A stretch of DNA of 64,000 bases from Gordius albopunctatus. Taxonomy: Eukaryota. The position numbers and the translations under genes are program-made. Under the pieces are notes generated by a model that worked only from the letters and a program-made list of their open reading frames with translations, did no database searches and was not told the DNA's origin. Positions 13,601 through 27,048 of the stretch are shown here, in pieces (position 1 is the stretch's first letter; each line of letters opens with the position of its first letter). The DNA lies in NCBI GenBank assembly GCA_964276515.1, contig OZ193910.1:2046001-2110000 (forward strand). The letters run 5' to 3'.

Positions 13601-16600
13601 TTTTGCATTTAGGGTTTCATCTTTTGCAAGAAAGCCAAACAAGAAGCTTTGGAAGGTCAAGATAATTCTACCCAATTATACGAGGATTTCGAGCCTATGC
13701 TATACGCTCAATCAGAGGGCAATGCATCTCGCCTAGCTTTCCCCTCATTCTCAAAATGCGCGGACGAATTTTTTTCAAAAGTTGAAAGTCAAAAATTGGA
13801 CGTGAAGGCGGAAAATCAGGAAAAAACTGCGATTAAAAAATTGGAAAACGTGCGTCAAGATCACATAAATCGGAGGATTAACTTGAAGAAATCCCAAGTG
13901 AAACATTTTGTTGGCATTGCAATAGAAAACGCGCTTTTTTGGGGTACTTAATGACCCCAACTTTAAGGTTAAGTTACCGACCTAACGTGCTAAATTTCAT
14001 TCTTTTATCACTACCCGCACACCACTCGCCCGCCTTTAAGTCGTCTCTTATTTGAAGTTTTTTTTAAAATCAAATATAACCTAAGAAGGCTTATTTTTTG
14101 GCTAAATAGGGAAGATTTTCGAAATCTTGTCGTAATTTTGGATTTTAATTAACTGAAGGTCTCGCTTTAAAGTAGTGTTGCACAAACCCGGCTCGGTTTA
14201 GTGAGATCGATCGACCTTTGGTCTTAGTCGACTAAAACTCACCCCTTTTTCCAACACTACTTTAAAGCAAAAAGGTTTAGCCCACTTTTTACTAATCTAT
14301 TCTCATTGTATAACCTTTAGCGTTTTTAGGTGGGTGAAAAAATACGAATTTCTAGCTACATTTGCTACAAAATTAATTCATAGAGACTTGGTAGAATCAT
14401 ACTTTAAGCTTTTCCTACCCAAAACTTTATTACAAATTGGATGTTGTGATGGCAGGATTGCTTTTAAAAAATTAAATCGAAATTAAACGCGACTAAAAAT
14501 CGAACGAATTTTTTTTATTGATTTACTGTCATGCATGCTTTTGGTAAAATTAAGTATCACCCAAAGACTAATAGACTGTTCACATTCCCTTTTAAAAAGT
14601 GTACCCCATTTTGGCAGCCATTTTGATAAGTGAAACATGAATTTTGGCCAATTTATATGGTTTGATAAATTTTTAAAATCGCTATAATGATTAAAATGGG
14701 TTGTTTCATGTTATAAGATCAATGATTCCATACTTCACTTATTAAAATGGCGGTCGTTTTTGGCAACACTTTTGATGCGTGAATATACAAGAGATGAGCA
14801 GTCTATTAGTCTATGGTCTCACCTAAAATTGTTTATTTTCTCGTTTGACTCGCCTTTTTATATTATTCAGCGAGCCTGACCTGATTTCGAATATAAAAAT
14901 TATTGTTTTTCAACTGATTCCGCAATATAGATAGTAGCGGTGGAAAAAGGCTGGGTTTTGCTTGGACGACCTTTTTTGCTCTCTTTTTCACTTAGTTGAC
15001 CACTAGGCTTGGTCGAAATTTGAAAAATTCACCAGAGACTTTGTTCGGTTTGGAGTTAAAAATTTATGCTATGTGCACCTTACAGGATGACAGTGCGGAA
15101 CTGGCGGAATTGATAGAACTGAATAGGGATTTGGTGGATAGGGCGATTCAGATAATTCAAAGCGGACTCGCTGCCCAAATGAATTGGGGCGATTTGAAAG
15201 CGAGCATAGAAGAAGGCCAGCGCTGTGGAGATCCCATAGCGCTATGCATAAAGTCCCTCAAACTCGACACTAGTCGAATGGTCATGATTTTAAAGTGAGA
15301 TTTTACTCTTGAAGTTAGTTGAGATTTCGCTCTCCTTTTAAAGTATTCATTGAAAATGTTTGTACATTATTAAATCGTGGAAACAATGATTCCAAAGTTA
15401 ATTTTCCATATTATTTAGTGTTGTTATGTAGAAATGATGAAGCTTAGTTTGGGGTTATTCATGTGCGTAGCCAAGGGGGGGGGCGGCGGCGGCTGTCCTC
15501 CTCTAAATCCAAAAATTTGCTTTTATTTTTTCTAAAATTATGGCTAAAATTTGAAAAAATGTTTATTTCGCCCATCCCTGAATCATTTTTGCCCCCCCTC
15601 TAATTCCAACGCTGGCTACACCCATAGGATTATTTGTGTGCAGAGATCTGTGGGCGCAAAAACGTTTCGTTCGTGGTGGATTTTAAAAGATTTTATCTCG
15701 CATAGTTAGTTGATTTTTGTTAATTCTTTTTTTGTTGCAATTTAAGATCTTTTTTTGGGGTAATATGAAGTAAGGTTATAAGGATTGGTTAAGTTTATGA
15801 CGTAAAAATTGAGTAATTTTTTTAAAAACCTTTACCCGCCTCTTGTTCTGCTTACTTTCTCAAGTTAACGTTTTTTTACCAAAACTTATTTTAATTCACA
15901 GAGCGATCTTTAATAAGAGTGCCTCTTGTTATTTTGCTTGTATGCTTAGTTAATATTTAACTTAGTTATATGGTCTGATTTATATAGGAGTCGAATATAC
16001 AATGTATTTTCACAATCTTAGAAATAGAAGATGGTAGGCACGATAAAAAGCTCTAAAGCCACATTTTAAAATTGCTCTAATCGAATTTTATTAGGAACCC
16101 ATTTGAACAAAGCGATGACAAAGGCGATGATACTACCAATAATAAAGGAAAGAACGGAGCAGGACGTCAAGTTGAAATTGATTTAAATTTATCGGCTTAC
16201 AACAACGCTCGCTCTTACTACGAGCGTAAGCGTCAAGCGTTAATCAAAGAGCTCAAAACGCTGGAGAGTTCGGGTAAAGCGTTAAAATCGGCGGAGCGCA
16301 AAACTAAGCAGCTACTCAAAGATTTTCAAACTCAAGTCAGCATCAACAAATCCCGCAAAGTTTATTGGTAAAATTCTGGGCATTTCACGCGTTGTTAACT
16401 TTTATGTATGGGTTGCCTCAAGTTTGAATAATAAGGTTAAATCAGTTAAATAAATATGGTAAATCAATTAAAAAGCTGAAATTTCGATGGAAATGATGTT
16501 GAAATAATTAGGCATTTAATTATGATAAAGGCCAGAAGGGCTTATACATTTCATGTTGGATAATAGGTTGTTAACTAGACGCGATCGTTCCTTTTATCTG

Positions 16601-19600
16601 CTATTAAATTTTTAGCGAATACCATTTGTTGGATTCGCTAGTTGAAAACTGTAGGAAACTGATATATATATATATATATTAGAAGCCACAAATTTATATA
16701 TATTTATAGAAGAGCCCATTAATCTCCATGGGCATAGCTAGGGGGGGGGTCCCTCTAAATCAATTATGCCTAAAATTGGAAAAAATAATCATTTCCCTTT
16801 AATTTTAATGCTGGCTACTACGCCTTAGTATTTTGTAATATAAAAACAGCCCGACATTACACACGGACACCGCCCATTATCTAAACTAAATGATTTTCGC
16901 AAATTTCATACACGCACATAATATATATTTTTGTTGTTGTTGTTGTTGTAATTTCCGCAGGTTTGAGAAATTTTATTGGTTCCTCAGTTCGGAGAATTAC
17001 TTAGTTTTAGCTGGGAGAGATCAACAGCAAAATGAATTGCTGGTTAAAAAATACCTGAAGCCTGGTGACCTATACGTGCACGCTGATATACACGGGGGCT
17101 CTAGTGTGGTCATTAAGAATCCTACCGGTATTTAATACACTTTTTGAAATATCCGTTCATAGGCTGGCTTATTTTAAATAACTACTTTTTGCTCCGATAA
17201 CAGGATGTAGGCTGTGTCAGTATTTTTGGAGGTGTGGCTTAAAGTTTATATTTTGAGATAGTAATAGTTGTGTTGTAAAAAGGCCTGAGTTTTGTTTGGG
17301 CCACCTTTGGTTCAACTAAGGCAAACGCTCGACTCTGGTTTCGTTTTAAAGTTTCAAGAAAAACACAGTCTAGGTTTAGTCAACTAAAACCAAACAAAAG
17401 CGAGCCTAAGACAACTGTCCTCTGCCCAATGATAAATAAGGAAGTTTTTCTAATTGTCTTGTTCCTTATTGTCCCAGGAGAACCGGTCGGACCGAAAACT
17501 TTGAACGAATCAGGTGTCATGGCCGCTTGCTATAGCTCTGCCTGGGATGCCAAAATAACTGTGGCCGTATGGTGGGTCCACCACGACCAAGTTTCTAAAA
17601 CAGCCCCCACCGGTGAATACCTAACTACTGGCAGTTTTATGATTAGAGGTAATACAACTTTCATTGGAACTATTTGTGCAAATCCAAGAATTTGTTAAAG
17701 CTCATTAAAATTATCGCTAAATCTTCAAAAAATGACCATTTTGCCTGGGCCTAAACCATTAATGCCGCCCTCTAATTCCCATGCTGGCTACCACCATGTA
17801 TTTGTGTGTATAGAAACCCTTAGAAATTTGAAATTTGATAAAATTTAACACTTTGTAGAGGTGGGGGCGGGCGGTATATTATTAGAGCCTTGCAAATTAA
17901 AACTTCTTTGGTTTAACACGAGGTCCCATTATTTTATTAAAGTTTGCTCAAGTCCGGCCCGAACCTCACGCGGGCTCAGAGGAATATAAAGATGTTAATG
18001 AGGGGCAGTTTAAATAAAAAGAATTATTTAAAATTGCCTTAATGACAAAGCTCTGGTGGTGGTCTTATAAGAATAGTATAAGTTTTATGCAGTATAGCGT
18101 TTTTCTTAGAGAAGCAACAACCTTATATATGAGGTAGACGCTAATTTATAATTTATATATATTCGTTTTTTTACATGGAGTTTACGGTATGTTTATTTTC
18201 GAGACTTTTGATAAATATAGATTTCTTGGGCTACTTTTCTTAAGTTTTAACAAAATTTTACACGTTTTATATATAAAGACTTCCATAGGCATACCCAGGA
18301 TTTGGATTAGAGGGGGGCATATTCATGATTTTTCGAAATTTTAGCCATAATTATTTTAAAGATTTTTTAGATTTAGAGCCTACACCCATGGGACTTCCAT
18401 GCGTTGGAGATTTATAAACTATTTATAATAATCCTGATTTTAACAGTTTTGGAGCCATATTTGGTTATAATTTGTTTTTGTTTTTAAAATTATTTTGGAC
18501 TCAAAATCTTTTATAAATTGCTTGCTAAAATTGCGCATTATTACGCAGGAAAAAAGAATTTTTTACCGCCCATAACCTTAATAATGGGTTTCGGTATCAT
18601 GTTTAAACTGGACGAGGCCTCGGCTGAAAGACATAGGCGAGATGGAAAAATAAAGATGCGGGAGGCCAGTGATTTCGGTGATAGCGTTGATCAAAGGTTA
18701 AAATTAAATTGATTTTTTTTTGCAAATTATTTTTTTATCGAAAATTGGAAAAATTTATTTGTTTGTTTTGATCAATAAATGTATTTGAGATGCATATTTT
18801 GATAAGAAGTTTTTTTACTTGGCACATTGTATTAAATGTAACTTTATAACTTATTTTTCACTTAAAAACGCCCTAAAACTATGAATTTTACTCTAGGACT
18901 CTGTTTTGAGCGCTTATTTTTTGAAATTTACTAATATTAAAATTGTCGCACATAAGGTATATTCGTTTAAGGTCCACAAAAATCTTTTTATTAGAAAATC
19001 GTATGCGCTTTACTATCAAGGTAGCCTTAAAAAGCCCTTAAAATTTATTTTCTTTTTAATAGCTTTTACATCAGAACTTATCGAAAATTTTCGAAATCTA
19101 ATAAGCCAGCAAAAAATGGAAATATTTTAAAACTCATTAAATTTTATATAATTATTTTTTTGTGAATATTTTCTAGCGAACAAGGTGAAGATTTGGAGTT
19201 GCACATGAGTAACGATGAAAGTAATCATGAATCTAACGATGGGGAAAACGCTTTTCAAAATGATAAAAATGATCCGTTAGAAGAAGAAGGAGATATTGGA
19301 GATGGTATTTTTGAAAATCTTTATATACAAATTTTGTTTTGTGTGCATTATAAAACCGCTTTGTAAAATACCTTATTGATTTGTAATTTAAGAAATTTTG
19401 GCCTTGGGCCGGGGTCAGAAAAATTAGATGTAAGCGACGGTCAGCTTTTAATTTGCAGGGAATTATGTGATCCGATATAAAGCAACAACCTAGACTAATT
19501 GCCCAAATAAAAGCATTAATATAGGTAATAATCAGTTTGGCACAACGAAAATAATGGATATTGGGGCTCGGGGGCGAGGTGGAAAAAGGTAACGCCAACC

Positions 19601-22600
19601 AGCGGTCATTACCATTAGCTAGTGTATTTGCGAAAGCGAAATAAATGTCTTTTACAGAAGCATAAGTCCAACCGCCATTAGAAACCGTATTTTGAAAAAG
19701 AAAGAGAAAGTGTGTTGACCAATTGTTATCTTTGTTGTTTGGGCGATTGGGCAGTAAGTCCTGCTCCTCAATCATAAACGTTTGGGGTAGATTGACAACA
19801 GACGTAGTTTGGAAATAATGTAATGTCGTGGGGGGGGGGCTTCGAAGGGGCGAGAGTTTGGTAGGGGTTCGTAAGGCCACAGAATTGAGTGATGGAAAAT
19901 TAAAGAGTCGAGAAACATGGGAAAAGTAGAATTAGTTGGGGAATAGTGTGGACAACTTACCCCTAAATCGGTGGAAGGGGAAGAAAACAATGATTTGGAA
20001 AAAGGATTTTTATCTTTCTCCAACTCCAGACTTCCTTAACCCCCCTGGAGAGTTTATTGAAATACTTGAACTGAACGCGGCCAGATACACCCATTAATCA
20101 AGAATTAACTTTTCCACCACAACATTCCAAACTCAAATATAACCAAAAACTCGATACTCGAGGGACTACTGAGGCAGGGGCAATCAGGGGGCGGGTTGAG
20201 GTATTTAGGGCCCCCTGGATACGACAATAAGTTTCTACGGCAATTAATGGAAAACTACGAGTTGGACAGTACGGATGGACAAGGAGCCTATAAATCGCGC
20301 AGCATTTTTCTACAAACTATAGGCTTAACTTGAAAAACCCCGTTAAATTTATATGATCTAAGACGATTGTGTTGTTTTTAAAATGCATTTTGCAGAGAGG
20401 GGCCACCTCTTTCCAGATACCGAATTAACGGGCCCGATTTCTACGAGTTTGCGCCTCAGCGAGAGCAAAGATAACGAAGTAATTACCATATAGAAGAGAG
20501 AAAAAAACTTTATAAATTTGTTTTTGGATATAATTGATGATTTAGTAAAATTATCTGGAAATAGTTTGGATAATATGTTGAGCCCTTTTTGAATTTAGGA
20601 AATCCTTTTTTAAAATTCAAAATTGTGTGAATAGGCCCAAATCGAAATATATAGGTAATGGTAATTTTTGTTTTAAAATGGGGTTTACAATCATCTTCTA
20701 TTTTTCTAAGCACTTTTTGAGGAATACATGACGTTTGTATGTTTACAAATTTATAAAAGTCTGAAATTCGTTATATATTTCAAAGTTTTAAGCCAAAGCA
20801 TACTTTATTAGTTGAAATTTTATGGTAATAACATGGTTTAACGAGAAAAATGATGGATTTCTCTCCCCTTATTTATTACTGATTAAAATTTATTAAATAA
20901 AAATTTTAGTGATTACTCTGCGAGTTATTGACGTGGACTCGTTCGTTGTCTTTAGAAACTTTGGCAGCAAATATTTCCAAAACTTGACTTATAGGGAAAA
21001 AACTAAAAATTTATTTGCGTTCACCATAAAAAAATGTACCAGGTGCAAACGTTTGACGGTCTTGTTGTTGAACTTCTTTTTGACATTTGATCTTCTTTTT
21101 ATACATTATCAATTTGTCTAATAAATCATCGAGGAACCCGAATATTCGGCATTGTTAGCACCGCCGATAGCCACCAAATCCATGCAGAAAGTAAGGATTC
21201 ATGTTATACCATTATCTAAATTGTTTTAATTGCCCAGCATAAATAACATCAAGGATCCGTATAGTTGTTTTTTATACTGTTTTAGGATAAATACTACCTA
21301 CAGATCTATGTAAATCTTTTAATTGCTATGCCATTGGGCTCGCTTTTGGTTGTTTAATCTCTTCCAACTAGACTAGTATATTAAATGAGTGTTTTCAAGA
21401 CCGATTCAATGCCTAATATTCAATTTTTACCCTTTAAAAACGTTTAATTTAACAACAAAAATCTTAAAATCACATGAAAAAGCGATTTTTGTAATTGAAA
21501 TAACATTCTGCTTGAATTAGCTACATCATAGGAGGAAAAAGAATGAAAAATTGATGCCGAACCTACCAGAAATCCAACAGCCAAATCTGGTGGATAAATT
21601 ATCAGCTGTGGGGGAAGCAGCCTGTCTCAAACGCGGCCAAAAGGCTAAACTTAAAAAAATTAGGGAAAAGTATGGAAACCAAGACGAAGAAGAGAGAAAG
21701 CTAAAACTCGAATTATTAGCTGTTAGTACCTTTCATTTCTTTAACATTTTTTAACGTTTGATTAAATTTTTGCCGAGGTTGAAAATACTTAAAACTCTGC
21801 CTCTGAGAATCATATAATATGGTCATTTAGTTAAATTTGTCAAAAATGTGGATTTTGATTGATATTTAAGTAAGGGATTCGGGACTAGATTGTTAGAATT
21901 TAGGAATTTTGTTAAAAACTCCGTTTTTAAGGAAGGTTTAAATTTGAAACACTTATTTTGAATAATACACTAAGAGTGAATATTCTTATCGCTTATAAAC
22001 ATATAAATTTATAACAAACATATATTAAAAGAACTTTAATTTGGTTTAATACCTTAGAACTTTGTACTCGATTACTTATTTTTTTCAACGTGTTAAATTG
22101 TACACTGCGACCACTTATTAAAAAGGAACTTAAATTTTAGTTAATAGTATGAAACTTGCTACTATTTTGTGTAATTTTTTTTTTATTTTAACGTGCCTCA
22201 AAATATTTGCTTGTACATTTTTTACTCAATTTGGGCTATCATTTAATTATTTTAAATTCGTGGCCAAGAATCGTTTTACTCTAACCTTCTCTCCTTTAAT
22301 CTAGGCTAATGCTCAAACCAATCAAATGTCGAAGGCTGCTAAAAAGGCCAAAGCAAAACAAGCCGGCAAAGTGGCTAAAGGTATACGCTGCATATTTTTG
22401 ATAAATCTTAGGGTTTGTCTTAATCTCGGATTTTGCTGCGCAGCAAATATCGTCTTATGGGTTGTAACACAGCCTTGTCTCAACTTCGAATTCGCAGCAG
22501 CATATTTACATTTCAGACGCATAATATAACAGCGATTTCGTAAGATGCAAAATTTTTCCTAAGCTTTGATGTTGTTAATCCCAAGAGTTGAAATAAACGG

Positions 22601-25074
22601 GGAAAAAAACGTTTTCAACTATCAAAAAACAAAATATTAATAATTACTACGGGGTTTGACCCATGAAATTGAACCGGATATTTGAACAAAGATAAATTCG
22701 CACAATTTGAATCTGAATCCGATATTAAGACAAGCCCTTGAGCTACAGATCGAGTTTCAAGTTTAAGGTGCCGAAAAAAACGTGGCTTTAATCTTGTGTA
22801 TGCCTAACTCATAAATATAAATTAGGAGGAGAGGGGACACTATGTGCTGACAAGAAGGCTAAGGTTTCCCTGTTTGACCAATTCAAACCTATCGCCACCG
22901 AGGCTCCCCTTCCTCACATCGCTGCAAATGGTGATGGGCGCCATCTTGAAAAGAGCAGAATGGACGGGCATCTTCAAAATAAAAAGTGATGCGTTAATTA
23001 CACCGGGGAAACTAAGATTTTAAATTAATATTAATGAAAGACGATTACTTTAGCTATTACTTTTTAGGCTCGAGGTTGTGATGTTAATTAGTCGGGAAAT
23101 TAATATAGACGAGATGGGTTTTTTTCCTATTTATCTTTTGCAGGCATCCATTCTAACCCCTTCTCCGTTTCGTAATATCAATGCGACTCATCTAATATTT
23201 TGGCTAAATAAATATTTATTTGATTTATATTTTTGTCCACGCCGTCGATTTTTCGTTTGGATTCTTAAATTAAGAGCCAAATCGGTATTTCGATTGGCTA
23301 TGTTAGCTCATACCACAACCGCTCTATGTTTTTCCGGCATTTTATCGGGGAAAATGTAGCAGATATTTTATGTAATTTTAATGTCAGCAGGATAAAGTAG
23401 CCAGCATCGGAAATAAAGGGGCGGAGGGGGGGGGCAAAATGATTAATTTTTGACATTTTAGCCATAATAATAATAAATTTCTGGATTTAGAGGGGGAGAC
23501 GTCCATGAGTCTGACACATGTATTTTTAATTTAGAGTTTGTTGGGTAAAGTAATCTAAGCGACGAATGACCCGCCCCCCAAATCGAGATAGCACTTGAAT
23601 ATTTATTTAAGACTCAAAACCGACGCGTAAACCTTGATTAAGTCTTAGTTTTGGAGTTGAAATTTATCCTACAAAAACTCCTTATTTTTAAAAAGGAGTC
23701 GTCGAGCGGAAGCCATTGCTTCAGTTGACGATGACGTAGCTTACGATTCTTCCCAAGATGAGGATAATCCTCAAGGGGGTCCGGACGATTCACTACTCAC
23801 CACGCTAACGGGTCGACCTTGCTACGCGGATCCGGAAAATCCGGATACAATAATGTTCGCACTACCCGTGTGTGCACCCTACACGGCCTTGCAAGATTTC
23901 AAGTATCGCGTCAAGGTTATACCAGGCTTCAGCAAACGAGGCAAAGCGGGCAAAACTGCGTTGAGCTACTTTCTCTCCCTCGCCTCTAAGCCGGTACCCA
24001 GACAGAATACTACAGCCTTTACAGCGCCCCTCAAAGGTTAGTAGCCTATGGTGTAGTGTTGTAGGCTTAACCAAGACTAACGTTCGACTCTGCTCTCAAT
24101 TTCTAATTTGGACCAAGTGTCTAGTGGTCGAATAAGAAATATAGACCCAACCAAACTAAACCAAACCGTTTTTATAACACGAGTACACGGTGAAAGATTG
24201 CGTTTTTGGGGGGCATTTAACCTGAGGGAAAACGTTATTATTACTTAACTTCTCCCATAATTCAATATGATATTAATTCATGATAGAGTCGTAGAGTCTA
24301 TGATAAGGTGCCCGCTTGGATACCATACTGATTCAAGACCAATAAAAAATTTATATTTAGGTGAAGGAGCTTGAAAAAATATCTAAAAGTCAGAGTATTT
24401 TAGAAAGATGTTATCCTCGATTCACTCTTGATATAAGGATTTTTAGGCAGCGATAACTCTCAACTAGTTATGAATCGGATTTTGACCAAAACTGCATTTA
24501 ACGCTTTTTGCAAGTTGGGTGCCTAATTTTAGGTTATAGTTTATTTTTTGATTTGGGTTTATTTAACAAAAATGTAAATCAATGTGCCATGACTCTTTTA
24601 CCCTCTAATTTTAATTTTAAAAAAATTAACTAATTTTTCTCCCACCTTCAATTACGTAAAAGTAAACCCAAGTTCGACTAATATGAACACATCAGAACCT
24701 TTCGTTTGCTGGAAAAATTTTAACTAAGCTTAAAGATTGACTAAACAAAATGTACTGACCCCATGCTCTGTCTTTCAAATTTCGACTACAGGTCGACTAA
24801 GAAAAACAGACCGATAGTGGTATATTAAAAACCGTTTATAATTAATTATTTAGCAAGAGATAAAAGTGTTGAAGACCATTCCGAAAGGAAGGAACTCCTT
24901 ACTGCTCTGGTTCCAGGTGATGGCACGGCAGCCAATCCATTTGGTGCTAAGAACGCATCTTCTAATCCAGCCTTGCTAGAACGTGCTTTGATTAAAGCTA
25001 TAAAAGATAACGACTTATCTCGCAATATCCCTTCCCGCGTTAAGATTTATGTACCCGCCAGCGTTAGAAAATAG
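10614..25074 (+). CDS. NEMF: Ribosome quality control subunit NEMF (Rqc2/Caliban), about 20 exons
   Basis: Exons with consistent phases: 10614-10672, 10708-10776, 11097-11199, 11323-11448, 11555-11703, 12165-12531, 13613-13897, 15086-15294, 16095-16367, 16961-17127, 17478-17648, 18549-18696, 19177-19304, 20396-20478, (21134-21190 uncertain), 21521-21721, 22305-22380, 22826-22985, 23696-24036, 24854-25074. Motifs [130 protein letters not shown]. Confidence 0.96.
14173..14259. mobile_element. Tiny hAT MITE (TAGTGTTG...CAACACTA); related copies near 14933, 17268, 24053, 25961, 30286
   Basis: TIR plus exact 8-bp TSD CTTTAAAG on both sides. Confidence 0.75.
14561..14816. mobile_element. Fold-back MITE with CCA(T/A)AGACTAATAGACTG TIRs
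   Basis: About 20-bp inverted termini, internal inverted segments, near-match 6-bp flanks TATCAC/TCTCAC. Confidence 0.65.
15460..15626. mobile_element. hAT-type MITE family CATGGGCGTAGCC...GGCTACGCCCATG (representative; other copies near 1760, 2498, 12580, 12852, 13140, 16727, 18285, 23400, 26170, 29663, 31358, 62172)
   Basis: Recurrent TIR and internal motif (ggaattagagggg...aaaatgatcattttttgaaatttt); near-perfect 8-bp TSDs, e.g. GGGTTATT/GGATTATT here and AAGCTGAG/AAGCTAAG near 29663. Confidence 0.75.
19370..20300 (+). mobile_element. Probable heavily decayed non-LTR retrotransposon fragment in NEMF intron 13
   Basis: GC-richer block with scattered RT-like traces ([24 protein letters not shown]) and no intact frame. 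Confidence 0.3.
22411..22737. mobile_element. PIF/Harbinger-like MITE, uninterrupted copy in NEMF intron
   Basis: TIR GGG(T/C)TTGTCTTAAT..CGGATT, flanks TTA/TTG; collinear with the split copy at 3438-7647. Confidence 0.75.
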
Positions 25075-25620
25075 CTTATTTTTTGCTTTTATTTGCCACA
25101 AACCTGCACCAAATATGTTTGTACACCACTTCTAGTAAAAATTACTCACACAACACCTTTTATATAGCACGAAGTGATGGAAACTTGCCTACGCTTGTGT
25201 TGTTTATCAATTGTTGTTAATGATGTTCTATTAGTTTCTTAGTAGAAATGTGATTTTTGAAATATTTTGTTGAAAATTTAAGATATTTAACATACTAGTG
25301 AATTTAATATTTTTTCCAACATTGGAATCTATAAATTTGAATACAGAATTTAAAAAAAAATATGATTTTGTTTTTTAAAATATCTTTTAATTTGAATACC
25401 AAAATATGTTTAAATTATGTCTATTATGACAAAATTTAAAATAATGTTAAACTTTGTGAATATAAAAAAATAACTGACCTTTGAACATCAATGTTTTGTA
25501 AGTTTCTTCTTTTTTATGTAGTATTTAATGATCTAAGATGAGCTTGATTGAATTTTACAATTGATTTTACCGAGGCCTTTATATATTTAGTTAAGCTTTA
25601 TTTTTGTATAGATCCTTATA

Positions 25621-25960
25621 CAGTCGAAACTTCTTCATCGTAAATCGGATTAATGCGAAATCTTTTAATCGCCAAGTTAACCGCCATTTTGTTTTTTTTT
25701 CAAACGATAATAACAAAAACATCGTTTATTGAAAAATCGCTTAATAGTACAATATCGGATATTCACAAATATTTTCGAGTCCTTAAATCAACCAGGTAAT
25801 TATATAAAATATCGTTTTATTGCGAAGCGTAAGAAATGAATATTTAGTTATGTCTTTATATATTTAATATTTTCTCTTTTCCCATCGTTTAATCGCGAAA
25901 TATCGGTTAATCGCGAGTTTTTTTGAGGCCCAAGGCTTTGCAATTAAACGGTTTTGACTG
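25621..25960. mobile_element. Tc1/mariner (pogo/Tigger-like) MITE
   Basis: TA|CAGTCGAAAC ... GTTTTGACTG|TA. Confidence 0.7.
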
Positions 25961-27048
25961 TAGTGATATTGCAACATCTGGGTTTTGTTTGGTGAACTTT
26001 GGCTCAAGTCGACCAAACATAAACAAGCCAAAGGTTTTTTGATTTGTGTCACTTAGTCGACTTGTAGGCTTAGTCTAAATGTTAAAAAAAGAAGAGAGAC
26101 GACCGTTAGCCTTAGTTGAACAAAAGGTTGATCAAAGAGAACCCAGGTAATTTTACAACACCCCACACGGGCATAGCCAGCATTGGAATTAGAGGGGGCG
26201 GCAAAATGATCATTTTTTGAAATTTTAGCCACAAATTTCAACAAATCTTTGGATTTCCCTCCCCCTTGCCTACACCCATGCTACCCCCCATAGCCCTCAT
26301 TTTCTCTAATTTGAGTAGAGATATACAATTTAAATTTTTTTTGTCAAAAATTATTTATTAAAACTCCAACAATGTCGTTAATTTAAAATTAGCACCACAT
26401 TTAACCAGACTAATTGCAAAACACACCATAAAATTAAAGTTTGTTCATAAAAAGAAATTTAAACTTTTTTGTAAATTAAGCGAATCTATATGCTAAAGTG
26501 GAATAAAAGTCTTGAGAAGCACAACTTGCCATCGCCATCAAAAACGGGGATAAAAAGTTTGCACAGCAATTGTTAAATTACAATTATGACAGAACGGTCA
26601 ACCAAGGAGCAGATAAATTGCATTTTTAGCAATTTCCAGACTTTGTCAATGATCTACCTTCCTCAATAAATTATATACCCTTTTTAGGCCTAATATGCTT
26701 TAAGCGCTTAATAATCATTTATTAATGGAGTTTTTAAGGGAAAAAACTGGGATTTACGATGTATTTTTAAGACACCACCCTACCGATTTAATTATTGCGA
26801 CATGACGCGCTAAATTAAATTTAACAAGTAAACTAAGCCTGTTTTGTGCTGATTATAAAAATCACCAATTTTTTTGCAGAAATTAGTATAAATTTTACAA
26901 AAATTATCACCCTTTAGATATTTCCAATAATAAAAATCAATTTTTTATTATTTTTATGCTATCGATTTACTCAAGGCATTTTGAATAAAAGGCGCCACGC
27001 ATAGTGCAGTCAATTCAGTCTTCTAATTTGCAATTATTTCACATTAAA

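Noticed and set aside
19233..20023. 215-aa and 83-aa minus-strand ORFs in NEMF intron 13
   Set aside because: No recognisable domain; they overlap a NEMF exon antisense and a decayed repeat.
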